From positions 3,683,420-3,747,419 of the forward strand of contig CAJINV010000008.1 of the NCBI GenBank assembly GCA_905178155.1: a stretch of 64,000 bases of DNA. The letters run 5' to 3'. The position numbers and the translations under genes were made by a program. The stretch comes from Amoebophrya sp. A120 (Eukaryota > Protista > Dinoflagellata). The notes below the pieces were generated by a model, which did no database searches, was not told where the DNA came from, and worked only from the letters and a program-made list of their open reading frames with translations. Positions 21,901 through 33,162 of this stretch are shown here, in pieces; within the stretch, counting starts at the first letter, position 1; every line of letters starts with the position of its first letter.

Positions 21901-23136
21901 GCCGAAAAATCGCCTGCAAAAGATTCCACCGCTACAAGCAGTGCCGACGCTGGCGGAGCGTCAGGAGGCGGTGGAGAATCAATGCAAAAGTCGACAAGTA
22001 AAAACTCCACCACCACCTCGTCATCCAGAGCTGCAAGCAAGTCCTTCAGCCACGTGCTACCCCGGTATCTGCAGGAGAGACCCCGCGCCAACTCGGTTGG
22101 AGCGGCTTCTTGTGCGGTAGCTGGCGCAGGAGTCCCGCTTGGTGCCGCGGAGCAGGTCGACACTGGTGGGGGTGTCGCGCTGCAGACTTCCCAAGAGGCA
22201 GATCTGATGAGCCACCGGGTGTCGGTTCCGATCTCGACCTTTGACCCATTTGGCGCTTCGTGCAACGGCGGTGTTGGCATAGGCATGCTGCCAGTGACTG
22301 CAAATGCTGCTGCAATCGAGCATGATGCTAGTATGGGTTTGTTTGCGGTACGTGGAGTGGGAAAACCACAACAACCTGCTCCGGCGTCTTCATCTTCGGC
22401 TCCTACGGCCCCGTCCTCGGGGAACGTACAACCAGGAGCAGAACTACGAGGCTTCTCTCGGAAACCAACCGCAACCTCATCGTCCACATCATCCTCGTCG
22501 CGGGAATTCCTGCAAGAGGATCGCAATGCAATGAAAATGAATGCCAATGCCGTTCCCGGAGCCGGAGCTGTTGATTTTGGAAGTTTTCTGCGCCCAATTG
22601 GAATAAATACGACGTCGACGACCATTTCTGGTAGTACATCGGCCGGCACGGGCACCGCCAGCGCCCCCTGCGCCGGAACCGGCATGGCCAGCATCTCAAC
22701 ACAGCAGGATCACGCTCTGCTGCAGCGACTGCAGCAGCAGGAGAGCAGCTGTACGGGCGGTGCGCTCAAAACAACCCACGTCGAGCAGCAAAGTGCTCCA
22801 CCAGGGAAAAACACGCTGATCATGGCAGCTGCCGGTACGGCCCTGGTTCCCTCAACGCGACCGCCGCTGCCCCGCGCCGGTGCTGTCGCGGAAAGGAGTG
22901 GCAATGCCTACGCAAGCGGCAGCGGCTCGGCTCATGTTCAGCATCGTGGGGCAGCTCTTAAGTCTGCGGGGCTGCAGATGCTGGCTGTGGAAGGGGGGAG
23001 TTGTGTGGTCAAAAGAACATCGCAGGCAATGAATGTTGCTGCGTCTCCAAATGTTGCCACAATTCCGAAGAACATCGGGGGCAACGTGCTGCTGAAAAAC
23101 AAAATACGGACACAGACACTCACGTTGAACCTGTGA
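18916..23136 (+). CDS. Tubulin-tyrosine-ligase-like protein, TTLL3/TTLL8 (glycylase) type
   Basis: [72 protein letters not shown]; long low-complexity insertions. Confidence 0.9.
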   Translation: [1406 protein letters not shown]

Positions 23137-23486
23137 TCATCGAAGTGAGTGCATCTCAAGTAAGATGATGAAATAGAAGATCGATGAAGAAGACCACGAA
23201 GCGGCGCAAGAATCTGTTGAGCGTTGAACGAGATGCTCCTTGTTCCTTACAGCTGGTTGGTGGCTGAAGCTGGGCGAGAGAGAGACTAGGCCACGCACGA
23301 CGGAGCGCAGCGGGTTGGGTTCTCTTTGTAACGAAGCGGTACAACCGGGACCGGGAGGAGCTTCAACATCGTACGTGTTGCAATATATAAAAAGAGAGGC
23401 CGTGGACCTCGATTCGTTGTATGTAAGTACATTTTCATCCACTCCGCGCCTGCGGCTCCTCCTCCGCCCTTTCACCATTGCACAAA

Positions 23487-26400
23487 ATGAGATGCAGATG
23501 TCGTCGTGTTTGTTCTCTCTGGTCCGTCCTTACCTTGCTCTCCACTAGTTTTCTGGTTTGGTGGACGGTTGTGGTCGACGAGAAAGACGACGGAAAAAAC
23601 GTGGCGTTCGTGCGTGTATTTATCCACAGAAGTAGCGACGAGTCCATATCGACCGGCGGGCGATCGGATGGGCGAGGAGGGGAAGAGGCTGAAAGTGTCG
23701 ACGAGGAGCGTGACATCACGCAGCAGCAGGAGCGCTTCGTGCTGCTCCGCAAGTTCCACCAATCCAGCTCTTTTTTCGGCGGTCACAGCCACAAAGCGTT
23801 ATCCGACGCAGTGGACGACAACAATGCCGAGGCAACCACCGCTGGCGCGATGGTGTTCGCGGAAAATGGTGACGCAGCAGCTGAAAAATATTCTGTTGAG
23901 GAAACAGAACCAGGGTTGTCATCGGGTTCAAGCTCACCAAGAGCTGACGAGGTGGACGCAGGCCATGATCAAATACACTACGATAAAAATATGCTGGACC
24001 CCGCCGCGGCGCTTGTTTCTGACGAAAGCCATCGTGTGCGTACCGCACAGTCAACTTTTCGATCTGCGAAGTACCAGGAGCCATTCTTCTACACCACAAG
24101 TAAGAAACAACCCTATCAGCAGAAGATGCCCATAGAAGTGCCGGCATCAGACGACCGCGGCTCAACGACGTCTGCGGGCGACAGCAGGGCAAGCGACGGA
24201 AATGATGGGAATAAAGAGAGGAAAGCGGGCTCTTCAAACTTGAACTCAAGGACTTTCTACGTCAAGGGCTCGAACACTGTCAAGAAAACACTGCGTGTAC
24301 GCCGGATCAAAGTTTTCGAGGACGAGGTTGGAGAAGCAGGACAGGAGGACACGACAGGTAACGTCGCCAGCAAAGCAAAAGCACCGCGAAAGCAACTGCC
24401 GCGTCGTGCTTTGTCCCCCCAAAATCTGTGCCCGCAGGGTGTTGCGAATTTGGAAAAACAGGCTCGCACACGCACGGTTCCAGCGTCGAACATTTTTGTG
24501 CCGATACCTCCCGGCGACAAGGCTGAGAAGGAGTTTCGCGAATCCGTATTTGCAGAAACGTACAACGAGTCGCTTTTCCCGAGGAGTGCAAGAAACAAGG
24601 GAAGCAAAGCGACAGCTTCTGCGACGGTTTCCTCCTCCATCAGCGATCGTGTGAAAAATAAAGCTTCTCCCGGTGCTGGGGTGGTGGACGAGAGCACCAG
24701 AGCGACTACTAGACACCACGACCAAGCCTCAACCAGACGTCCACATGTAGTTGATAATCACGACCCGTTAAACCAAAACCAGCCTAGGGTGACACTGTTC
24801 GATCACGCAGCGCAAGATGCGTCCGTCGCGCTGATCTCGAAGTTTTTGGAGGAGAAGAAAATTCTGCAGCGCGGCTCCCCCACACTCCTCTCCGCCTACC
24901 TGGAGCTGAACCCTCGGGCCTTTCGGAAGGACGTGTGGGCAGTGGCTTTACTCTATTTCTGCGGTGGGCTCACGCTTGACGCAAAAATGTTTCGGCCGCC
25001 GTTTACGAACGAAGACGAACGATTCACGCAGTACAAGAGACCAAGTGTTGAACCCAACGCCGTCGCGTCTGGCGCTTCCGAAAGGTTGAACGACGTCGAA
25101 GGCGGCGGGTTCCAGCTGCGGCCTTTGCTTGAAAATTTCTTCGAGTTCCAGACACTGGGCGATGTTACTAGGGGAAGAAGTAAACAAGTAGGAGATGATC
25201 GTGACGAAGAGCAAGAGATCGGACGGGGCCACCAGGAGCAGGGTCCCAAAACCAAAAATGGAACAAAAGGCAGGAGCGCCAAAGTACCAAGGCACCAGCG
25301 GCAGCCACAATCTACGAACCCAAGACTGCCTCCAAGAAATCACTTTTCGCAGCGTCGTCCGGGCGAAGTGGCGATTTGCTACGATTTTCCGTGGCACGAC
25401 CACCGTACGGTGATGCGTCACAAAACCACGACGTCGACGTCGAAGACCAAAAATCCTTTGCAGCTGATCTTCCTGCAGAACGCGATCTGGGCGACCTACC
25501 CGCGCAACCCGGCGCTGCTGTTTATTTTGCAGCAGCAAATCTGGAATATTTTCCAGCATTCCTACGGCGAGCAGATCTCGAGAGAATTTTTCCGAGCACA
25601 CAAGCTCCTCGCTTACTCGAGCTTGGTGGAAGACAAGGCAGCGAATGTTGGTCCGCGACCTCATCTTGGAGGTGGGCACGGCCGCGCACAACTGCGTGCT
25701 TTGTCCAGCAGTAGCACTGGTGATATCGGCGGTAATGGCGTTCTTGAGAAAACCAACTCCAAGATGGTGAACAGCACAGCCCTAGCTGCTGGAGTTGTTT
25801 CCGGCATCCACCTCGGTAGAAACTTTACGAAAGAACGCGAGGAGCAACAGGCTCGGTGGAAGAAGTTTGAGCAAGCGAAACGGGACGAAGTGTTTGGTTA
25901 TTTGTCTATCACCGGCCCGGGTGCGTTTGCCCAGGGTCTTTTTCGCAGTGCCTGCCTGCGGAAAACCTTCTTGCCCCGGTGCGTCGCGGAGTGGAATATT
26001 CCAGGGGTCCGGGAGCAGGTGTGTGACGCCGCGGTGAAGATGCATAGCAATGATCCTGCACGAGGATCATCTTCATCACGGACGGAGGCGGAGCATCGAA
26101 CCTCCTTCGCCGCCGGCAGCTCCGCGGGCGATGACACTAGCCGCGCACCAGATGAGCGACGTGGTCCGTTCGTCACTGAAGATGACGTTCTCGAAAAGCG
26201 GGAGCTTTGCAAGGCCGTGCAGAAAAAGGAGGTGCTGTGGTACTTTGCGACCTTTGCCAAAGAGTACCAGAAACGCTTCATGGCCGGGCTGGTCGGCTTG
26301 GGCGGAGAGGACGTCGAGGAGAAATGGAATGCATCTTCCTGCGACCACAGCCAACTGATGCGGGAATTTTACGCTGCGGATTTCAAAAAGCAAGATCATG

Positions 26401-27563
26401 CTACGGATTTCACGAATCATCTAGCACTGCCCGGCGGGAGGAGCGGTACAAGAGCAGCAGGACGAGGTGGCACTTCTACTACAAGACAGGGCGCAAGAGG
26501 TCATGTAACGGGAGCAGGAAGAGGAGCTTCGGACGTTAACCCAAACAAGATCGCCGCGGTCGAGCTCTTGTTGGATTTTCGCAGCGACATCTACCTGCAC
26601 AAAAAAGTGGACTTTGCGAAAAATCTACTCATCGCGAGCTCCATGAGCACGTGGCGTCGACACCACACAGCGTACGACGAAGCAACTCTGCAGACGAGCA
26701 AGAATAAAGGGCGGGAGAAGGGTTTTGAAAATAAAGACAAAAGCTTTTCTGGTCGTGCAGGAGCCCTTTCAGCGGTGGTGAAGGATGGTGAACAGGGGGG
26801 GAATAGTGCGCACGCCAACAAAGTTCTTCGGGGAGCTCCAGGTTTAGTCCAAACCAGCGTATTAAGACCGTCAAGTGCAGTTGCCGCACGTGCTACCACA
26901 GCGAGAAAAGCCAGTCTTCGACGGTTTTTCAAGGCGAGAATGCAGGCAGATGAAGGCGGGGACGACAAGAAAAATAGAAATACCCACAAGAGAAGTAGAC
27001 CTCCCGACGAACTCCCCGCGGGTGTTTGGCCGCCCGGAGTCTGTAGCACTTGGAACGCTATCGTGTTTTACGGCGAACTCTACTGCCACGAGGTGGAGCA
27101 CTGCCCCCAAGCATGCGGCGAAACAGACGGAACGCTGCAGAAACTCGGATTACTGCACAAGCTTCCTACGACGAGCGACCGCCCACACTTTCATCAAAGA
27201 AGCAGGGACCAAGAAGCAGGCAGTGGAAGCCGCGAGCAGGAGGTGGAAGAAATTGAAAATGGAAAAAATCCTTCAGCTCGCCTGGATGTGGCCGAGGCTG
27301 GTACTCCGGCAACGACGTTGGGAGATTCTCAAGGCGCCGAGCCGCCCCTACCGGCCTCGACAAGTGCCACCGGGGACTCGGCTGCTACCGGGTTCAGTAG
27401 CATGACTTCCTGGCTCAGCGATTGGGCCTTTGGAGGCCAGAAGGAGGAGGAACAAGATCCGCCAGGTGCTAGTGAAGTAGTGCAAGAAGAACCTCTCGCC
27501 CCTTCACCATCTCGTGGGGTAGAATCAAGACCAGCATCTGCATCAGGAGCTCCTCCTCGGTGA
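23487..27563 (+). CDS. Type II membrane protein with a divergent GT32/OCH1-like glycosyltransferase domain
   Basis: N-terminal TM; scattered motifs AFRKDVWAVALLYFCGGLTLDAK, QNAIWATYPRNPAL, ITGPGAF resemble DxD sugar-binding GTs (the DxD is degenerate). Confidence 0.55.
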   Translation: MRCRCRRVCSLWSVLTLLSTSFLVWWTVVVDEKDDGKNVAFVRVFIHRSSDESISTGGRSDGRGGEEAESVDEERDITQQQERFVLLRKFHQSSSFFGGHSHKALSDAVDDNNAEATTAGAMVFAENGDAAAEKYSVEETEPGLSSGSSSPRADEVDAGHDQIHYDKNMLDPAAALVSDESHRVRTAQSTFRSAKYQEPFFYTTSKKQPYQQKMPIEVPASDDRGSTTSAGDSRASDGNDGNKERKAGSSNLNSRTFYVKGSNTVKKTLRVRRIKVFEDEVGEAGQEDTTGNVASKAKAPRKQLPRRALSPQNLCPQGVANLEKQARTRTVPASNIFVPIPPGDKAEKEFRESVFAETYNESLFPRSARNKGSKATASATVSSSISDRVKNKASPGAGVVDESTRATTRHHDQASTRRPHVVDNHDPLNQNQPRVTLFDHAAQDASVALISKFLEEKKILQRGSPTLLSAYLELNPRAFRKDVWAVALLYFCGGLTLDAKMFRPPFTNEDERFTQYKRPSVEPNAVASGASERLNDVEGGGFQLRPLLENFFEFQTLGDVTRGRSKQVGDDRDEEQEIGRGHQEQGPKTKNGTKGRSAKVPRHQRQPQSTNPRLPPRNHFSQRRPGEVAICYDFPWHDHRTVMRHKTTTSTSKTKNPLQLIFLQNAIWATYPRNPALLFILQQQIWNIFQHSYGEQISREFFRAHKLLAYSSLVEDKAANVGPRPHLGGGHGRAQLRALSSSSTGDIGGNGVLEKTNSKMVNSTALAAGVVSGIHLGRNFTKEREEQQARWKKFEQAKRDEVFGYLSITGPGAFAQGLFRSACLRKTFLPRCVAEWNIPGVREQVCDAAVKMHSNDPARGSSSSRTEAEHRTSFAAGSSAGDDTSRAPDERRGPFVTEDDVLEKRELCKAVQKKEVLWYFATFAKEYQKRFMAGLVGLGGEDVEEKWNASSCDHSQLMREFYAADFKKQDHATDFTNHLALPGGRSGTRAAGRGGTSTTRQGARGHVTGAGRGASDVNPNKIAAVELLLDFRSDIYLHKKVDFAKNLLIASSMSTWRRHHTAYDEATLQTSKNKGREKGFENKDKSFSGRAGALSAVVKDGEQGGNSAHANKVLRGAPGLVQTSVLRPSSAVAARATTARKASLRRFFKARMQADEGGDDKKNRNTHKRSRPPDELPAGVWPPGVCSTWNAIVFYGELYCHEVEHCPQACGETDGTLQKLGLLHKLPTTSDRPHFHQRSRDQEAGSGSREQEVEEIENGKNPSARLDVAEAGTPATTLGDSQGAEPPLPASTSATGDSAATGFSSMTSWLSDWAFGGQKEEEQDPPGASEVVQEEPLAPSPSRGVESRPASASGAPPR

Positions 27564-28380
27564 CGGATCATAACTGTGGCGCAAGCCGCGGCCGCCCGCT
27601 GCCATCGGCATGGCAATTCGTCTTTGTCCGCTTGGTCACTTTCAGTGCTTTTTAGAAGCCACAAAGATTTCTAAGTAATTCTACCTGGTGCGGGGACAAG
27701 AAGCCGAAATGTCCACCATGTTAAAATGCAGACGCTGAAAATAAACGCCGTCAAGGATGACGAAGAAGGATGGTGAAGGCGTCCTTGTTTCCCTGGCCGC
27801 GTTGCAAACCTTTATTCTGAGTCGGGAACTGCTACGGCAGGTGGAACAAGTTGAAATTCTTCGCTTGTCGTTAAAGTGCAGCACACACGATACGAAGCCA
27901 AGTACGACCCAGAAAAGGCATACTGAGTATCAATCCGTGTATCATCTCCAAAAAATAATCGTAAACATTCATTTCGTCCTGGCAGCAGCAGCACTTCCTT
28001 ATTTATGTTTTGCGGAAGATGGGTGAACGTCTTTCGTTTGGCGTGTTCGTTTTATCGCTCTAGTCGCTTGTTTGATTTCTTTCCCACGACCACCAGCCAA
28101 GAAAATTTGCAGATTGATCATCGTTTTGTTCGGCGTGTATTCCGTCTGCTTTATCACGACGGGTGTCACTGATCTTTGCTCTAGATACACTCGCCAAATA
28201 GCTCGTGCGTCGATGTATGAAACATACGGAACCAGCAGCACTGCTGCACATCTCCATCTGTCAGTAGTAAAAGTTCTTCCACGTCGTGTGCCAGGTTCTT
28301 TTGTAGGGAAAACGACCTAGTACCTGCACCGTTTTGCCAGCTCTGCGCAAGACTAGCCAGCGAACGTGCGAAGTAGTACG

Positions 28381-31300
28381 ATGCTCGGCGGCGGTGCGCA
28401 GGCGCATCCGGCGTCTGCTGGGTCGAACAGCAAGCCCAGTCCGTCACCCTCCGGGAGCCCGACCTCGAGTCGCGGGGGCTACAGCAGCTACGAAGTTCAG
28501 AGGGCGAACAAGAATGCGAGCCACACCTACGCGGCCATCGGGAACGGCACGTTTGGGGCTCTTCTGAACCAAAACGGGCGGTACGTCTGGTGCTGTCTCG
28601 GCTCCTTTGGCGGCGACCCCATTTTCAATTGCCTAGCGAACAACGAATCCGAAGACACGGGATTTTTTGACGTCGTTCTGGAGAACAACAGCGCGAACAA
28701 CGCTTCCCACAGCGGCTATGGTGGCGCCGGAACTACATCAAATCCGCTGACCAGTTCCGGCAGTAAAAATTCGACCACGGGCAACATGGGTGGTGGTGGC
28801 GGCGGCGTGGGAGGGAGTTCGTCGTCTTCATCTTCTCGTGCTGTGCATGCGACGCAGCACTATGTCCCCCTGACCAACGTGGTCGTCACACGCTTGTCGA
28901 CCTTCAGCGGGGGAGGTGGTGGTGACCACTCGTCCGCCGACTCGGTTTGCGAAATCATCGATTTCGCGCCGAAATTTTCCCACTTCGACCGCATGTTCCG
29001 CCCGTTCCAGCTGTTCCGCATCATCCGCAAGGTGAAGGGCGATCCCTGCGTGAAGATACGCATACGGCCGACCTTCGGCTACAATTCGACGGACGGGTTC
29101 CGGACCCGGGGCAGCCACCACATTCGCTACTGCGGCCCGACCGTGACCTGGCGCGTGACGACGACCATTTCCGTGCAACACATCATCGACGAGACGCCTT
29201 TCCTGTTGAACAGCGACGAGCCGGAGGTGATTGTGTTCGGGCAAGACGAGAGCTTCGCCAGTTCGCTGCGCACCGTGGCGCGCGAGTTCCAGGAGAAAAC
29301 GGCCATGTACTGGCGGCAGTGGAGCCTCAATCTGTGCCTCCCCGTGCTGGATTCCATCGTGCCCAGCGCTGTGGTTGTTCCGGCGGGGAATGACAGGCAG
29401 TCCAGCTCGAAGATCGCCGCGGGCGGAGGAGGTGGCAGTAGCGCGAAAGTAGGAGCGAGGGGCGGTGTTGTTGGTGGTCAAGAACGCCAGGCTCCTGGTG
29501 ACAGCGCCGTCACCAGCGCACCTGTATCATCGCAGGAACTATCGCCTGCTCCTGCGCCGGCCTGGACCTACCAAGGTTTACTTGTTCGGGCGGCAATCCA
29601 TATCCTGCGCAAAAGGGTCCTCTGTGAGTCGCAGCCTTGCATTGCAAACATCTCTCCTAAGGCGGGACGAAGTCAGCACATTCATCATCAAACTCTATTT
29701 TTTGACTTTGTCATACAACAATTCGCCCTAGAAGTGGTCCTAGTGTGATAGATACTGATACTTTTGCAAAACTGCATAAGCCACCTGGTCCAGCAACAGT
29801 GTGAGGAGAATGGGGGGCTGCTGTCCTGCCTGACCATGGGCCATCCGCTGTACAATGTGGCGAACGCTTACGGAACAGGAGCGAATGGGGACAGCTACTT
29901 GTTAAACCAGAACCTTTTCTGGCGCGATGCCCGGGTTTGCCGCTTGATGGACGAATGCCTGTCCATCCGCGTGATGCGGGAGTCCGGGCTGTTTGACGTG
30001 TGCCGGAAATTTCTGGAGTTTCTGAAAAACGTGGTGGTCACGTCCTTTTCCGTGTTATCGCAAGAAAAAAGTGTTACAGTTACACATTGTGTTGCAGGCC
30101 AAGCAAGACAGACGAGCTCTGTCATGCCGGATATGCATAGGATCCTCCTTTCATAGGTATTTTCCCGTAGGATTTCTGCATTACAATTTTTGTCTCTCAT
30201 GCAGAGAAGTTTGTGTTGCTGAATTCACTACAAATGTGTAACTGTAACACTTTTTTCGTGGGATACGTGTCGTCTCTGTCGTTGGAGGAGAGCGTGCCTC
30301 CGGGCATGAAGCGGCTGCACAGCGCGATGGTTGGTGGAACCAGTGCTGTACCTACTTCTGCTGGAACGAACAACGGCTCCTACTCGTCCGCCGGCGCAAG
30401 TAGTAACCACAATCTGCTCTTCGTGCAGCATACGTACGGTGCCCTGCAGGAGACCGATATCCCGGTTGAGCGTATGCCCTACCTAGCCGGGTACGAGGGC
30501 AGCTCCGGGCTGGTTGCGGCGGGCGGCGTGGAAAAGTGCACGCTAGAGACGCTAGAAAACCACCAACAAATGTACGGGTTACTCACAATCGCGCTCTCGC
30601 ACGCTTTCTTCGACCTGCGGTTGGAATACCTTTGTTCCCCCAAACTGTTCGAGATCCTGGAGTCGCTGGCGTTGAACGCGATGGAAGCATTCTCCTACGC
30701 CGCAAAGAGCTTCCTGAACAATGGCACATCTTCTTTCGGCGGCGCGAATAGTACAACACAACAAGCGAACCACAAACATGCGTCGTCAAGTACTAAAGCA
30801 GGAGGTCCTCCTGCCCGGCTTCCGCCGAAAATTCTGAAGAAAAAGCGCCTTCCCTACTTTGATGACGATGTGGACTTCTACTGCATTCCGAACTCGAGCA
30901 AGTCCGGCGGAGGAGATAGAAGTGCTGCGCAACTTTCTTCTATGTCGGCCGCGCAACAGCTGCACCCTGCGGCCATGCAGCAGCAAGTTTCCTCGCCGGT
31001 GAGCATCTATCAAATGCAAAAATGTCCAGAGTGCGCGATTTGTCATGCAGCTTTTCCATGACCCATGAGGTCTGGAATGCAGGACCTGGCATGACAGATT
31101 CTGCGCGATCTCTCTCATGCCCATCCTGCATGAGAAACTCCCTCGCGACTTGGTCAAAACTGGACGACTTTTGGTAATCATGCAACACAGATTTTTGCAT
31201 GCTTCAGATTTAGCATGACAAGTTGCATTCTTCCAGACCCAGACATTTTTGCTTTTGATAGCATCAACAGCAACTCGCAAACCTTCGTCGGCACGGACCC

Positions 31301-33162
31301 GGACCAGAACAGTTCGTGGCCCCCGGGGGGAACAATCGTGGATCACCCTGCAGTGGGCGGTGGAGCCCCCGCTGCCTCATCTGGTAGTCCGTATTGGTAC
31401 AGCAGTCCCGGCGGAGGTGGGGCAGAAAACTTGAACTATACTGCTACCAACGCCGGAGCGTATCAACATGCGGGTACTAGTAGTAGTCCTAACCCCTACG
31501 ACACGGCCGGAGGAGCTGCGATTATACTGAACCCCAGCAGCACGGCCGCTGCGTCCTCGTCTGGAGGCGTCGTTCCACTGTATTCGAGCACCGCGGCAGT
31601 GGCAGAGCAGCAGGGACAACTAAGCGCCGGAGGAGCGGCCTACGGGAGTTCTTCGCAGGAGCAGCAAAGTTCTTACAACCAGCACACGATGATGTTGAAC
31701 CCAGAAGACGAGGAGGAGGATCTTGATGAGGACTTTCTGGAGAAGAATGTGCGCGTCATTCCGCATACCTTCGAGTCCGTGCTTATGGCGCTCTCAACTG
31801 TTACATTCTCAACTGTTACATTCTCAACTGTTACATGAATTTGTGATGCGAGAATGGCAAAACTACAAGGGGGAAGATTGTGCCTTTTGCGTGACAGATT
31901 TGGCGCAGATTGTCAGGAGCCTGTTTGGCCCTTCGGGAATTGGTCATGCGAAGCAGCTTAATCATGTCGATTCTGATTGGATTTGGAATTTTGCATGACA
32001 AATCATGTAACAGTTGAGAATGTAACGCTTGAGAACGCCATAGCGCTTCATTGGGCCGCGGCGGACCGGGTCTCCCGCGTCGCGGCGCAGTTTGTGCCGG
32101 AGACGAACAAAGCCGAGCTTTGGCGAAAACGCGCGAACGAGATGCGGGCGAAAATCGAAAAATACAGCTGGAACCAGGAAAGACAGTGCTTCTGTACGAA
32201 AATTTATTGTGCAAGATGGATAGAAGAGAGTTGTTAGTATCACGACCAGGAGATCATGCAAAGAAACCAAGACCAACTACTACCAAGGAACACACACTAC
32301 AAGGTGAAGTTGATACTTAATTATGAACACACGACACGGAGACCACGCACACTCAGAACATTTTTAATCAGGTACGCACTGGGGCGGGAAGGAGGTGGGA
32401 CCAGCTTTGCTCCGTCTTGTCGAAGTGGGATTCCTCGTATGGCATTGAAAGCAAAGGAAGCTAAAAGTTTTTTGATCATCTTGCAGCAGCTACTAGAGTA
32501 AATGTGTATTTTTTGGACCAAGTCTGTGTCTGTCTGTGACCGAGCTATCCGAATTCTGTGCGCCAAGGATGAGGAAGCCATAGGCGACGTAGCATTCTGG
32601 CTGCAAGTAGTGCGAGCGGAAAATTCAAATCATAAGGGCATGCAACCTGCTTTTGGTTTTGCTTTTGCCAATTTCATATTTCTCGGAAGACGATCCGCGA
32701 TTCAGCGCCACCGTTCTTGCCTTCGAGGAGGATGCTTTTAAATCAGCGGTATTCAACAGCAATATACTGAAGAACATTGAAGTAGAAGCTATCATGGTGT
32801 CATTTTTGTTTACCTGTTTCGCACAGCACTTTAGCCCCATTCATGGCGATGCATGGCGCACAGTTCGTTGCGCATCAACTTTTCCGATTCCACCCGACTT
32901 CTGCACGATAAAGGTAATCGCGCCGAATACGTTTACATCTAGTACTCTCATGTGGTACGCGGAGGCTCTGCGCCTGGCGGGCAAGGAAACCCAGGCCCGG
33001 AACCTGGTGGACGCGGTGGCCCAGGCCTTCTACGAGTTCGGTAGTTTAGGGGAGGCCGTGGATTTGAGCAGCCAGAAGCCTTACGGAAACTTTCCCTGCA
33101 CCTCTGCCATTTTGTCCTTTATGCGCGCCGCCACACGCCTCGGCAAGAACGCGCTCGTGTAG
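28381..33162 (+). CDS. Glycoside hydrolase family 15-like (trehalase/glucoamylase-like) protein, 8 exons, ~1103 aa
   Basis: YAAIGNGTFGALLNQNGRYVWCCLGSFGGDPIFNCL, IIDFAPKF, HWAAADR, VGFLSEDDPRF, SLGEAVD...GNFP. Removing six TAT..ATA elements (+5 nt each) and GT-AG intron 32194-32371 leaves 3312 nt in frame. Confidence 0.85.
29601..29778. mobile_element. Short introner (tatcctgcgcaaaag type)
   Basis: Ends cttttgcaaaactgcata; DR atcca/agcca; restores AAIHLVQQQCEENGG. Confidence 0.8.
30056..30265. mobile_element. Introner with 31-bp TIR
   Basis: tatcgcaagaaaaaagtgttacagttacaca / tgtgtaactgtaacacttttttcgtgggata; DR cgtgt. Confidence 0.92.
31008..31260. mobile_element. Introner family A
   Basis: Family A TIRs; DR gcatc/gcatc; frame restored. 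Confidence 0.92.
31784..32042. mobile_element. Introner with long TIR containing tandem tctcaactgttacat units
   Basis: tatggcgctctcaactgttacattctcaactgttaca / tgtaacagttgagaatgtaacgcttgagaacgccata; DR gtgct/gcgct; restores FESVLHWAAADR. Confidence 0.9.
32438..32678. mobile_element. Eroded introner
   Basis: tatggcattgaaagcaaa / tttgcttttgccaatttcata; removing element+5 nt gives VGFLSEDDPRF. Confidence 0.7.
32790..32910. mobile_element. Short eroded introner, now readable as a GC-AG (or GT-AG) intron
   Basis: tatcatg...cacgata; 126-nt in-frame removal gaa|gc...aag|gta. Confidence 0.5.
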
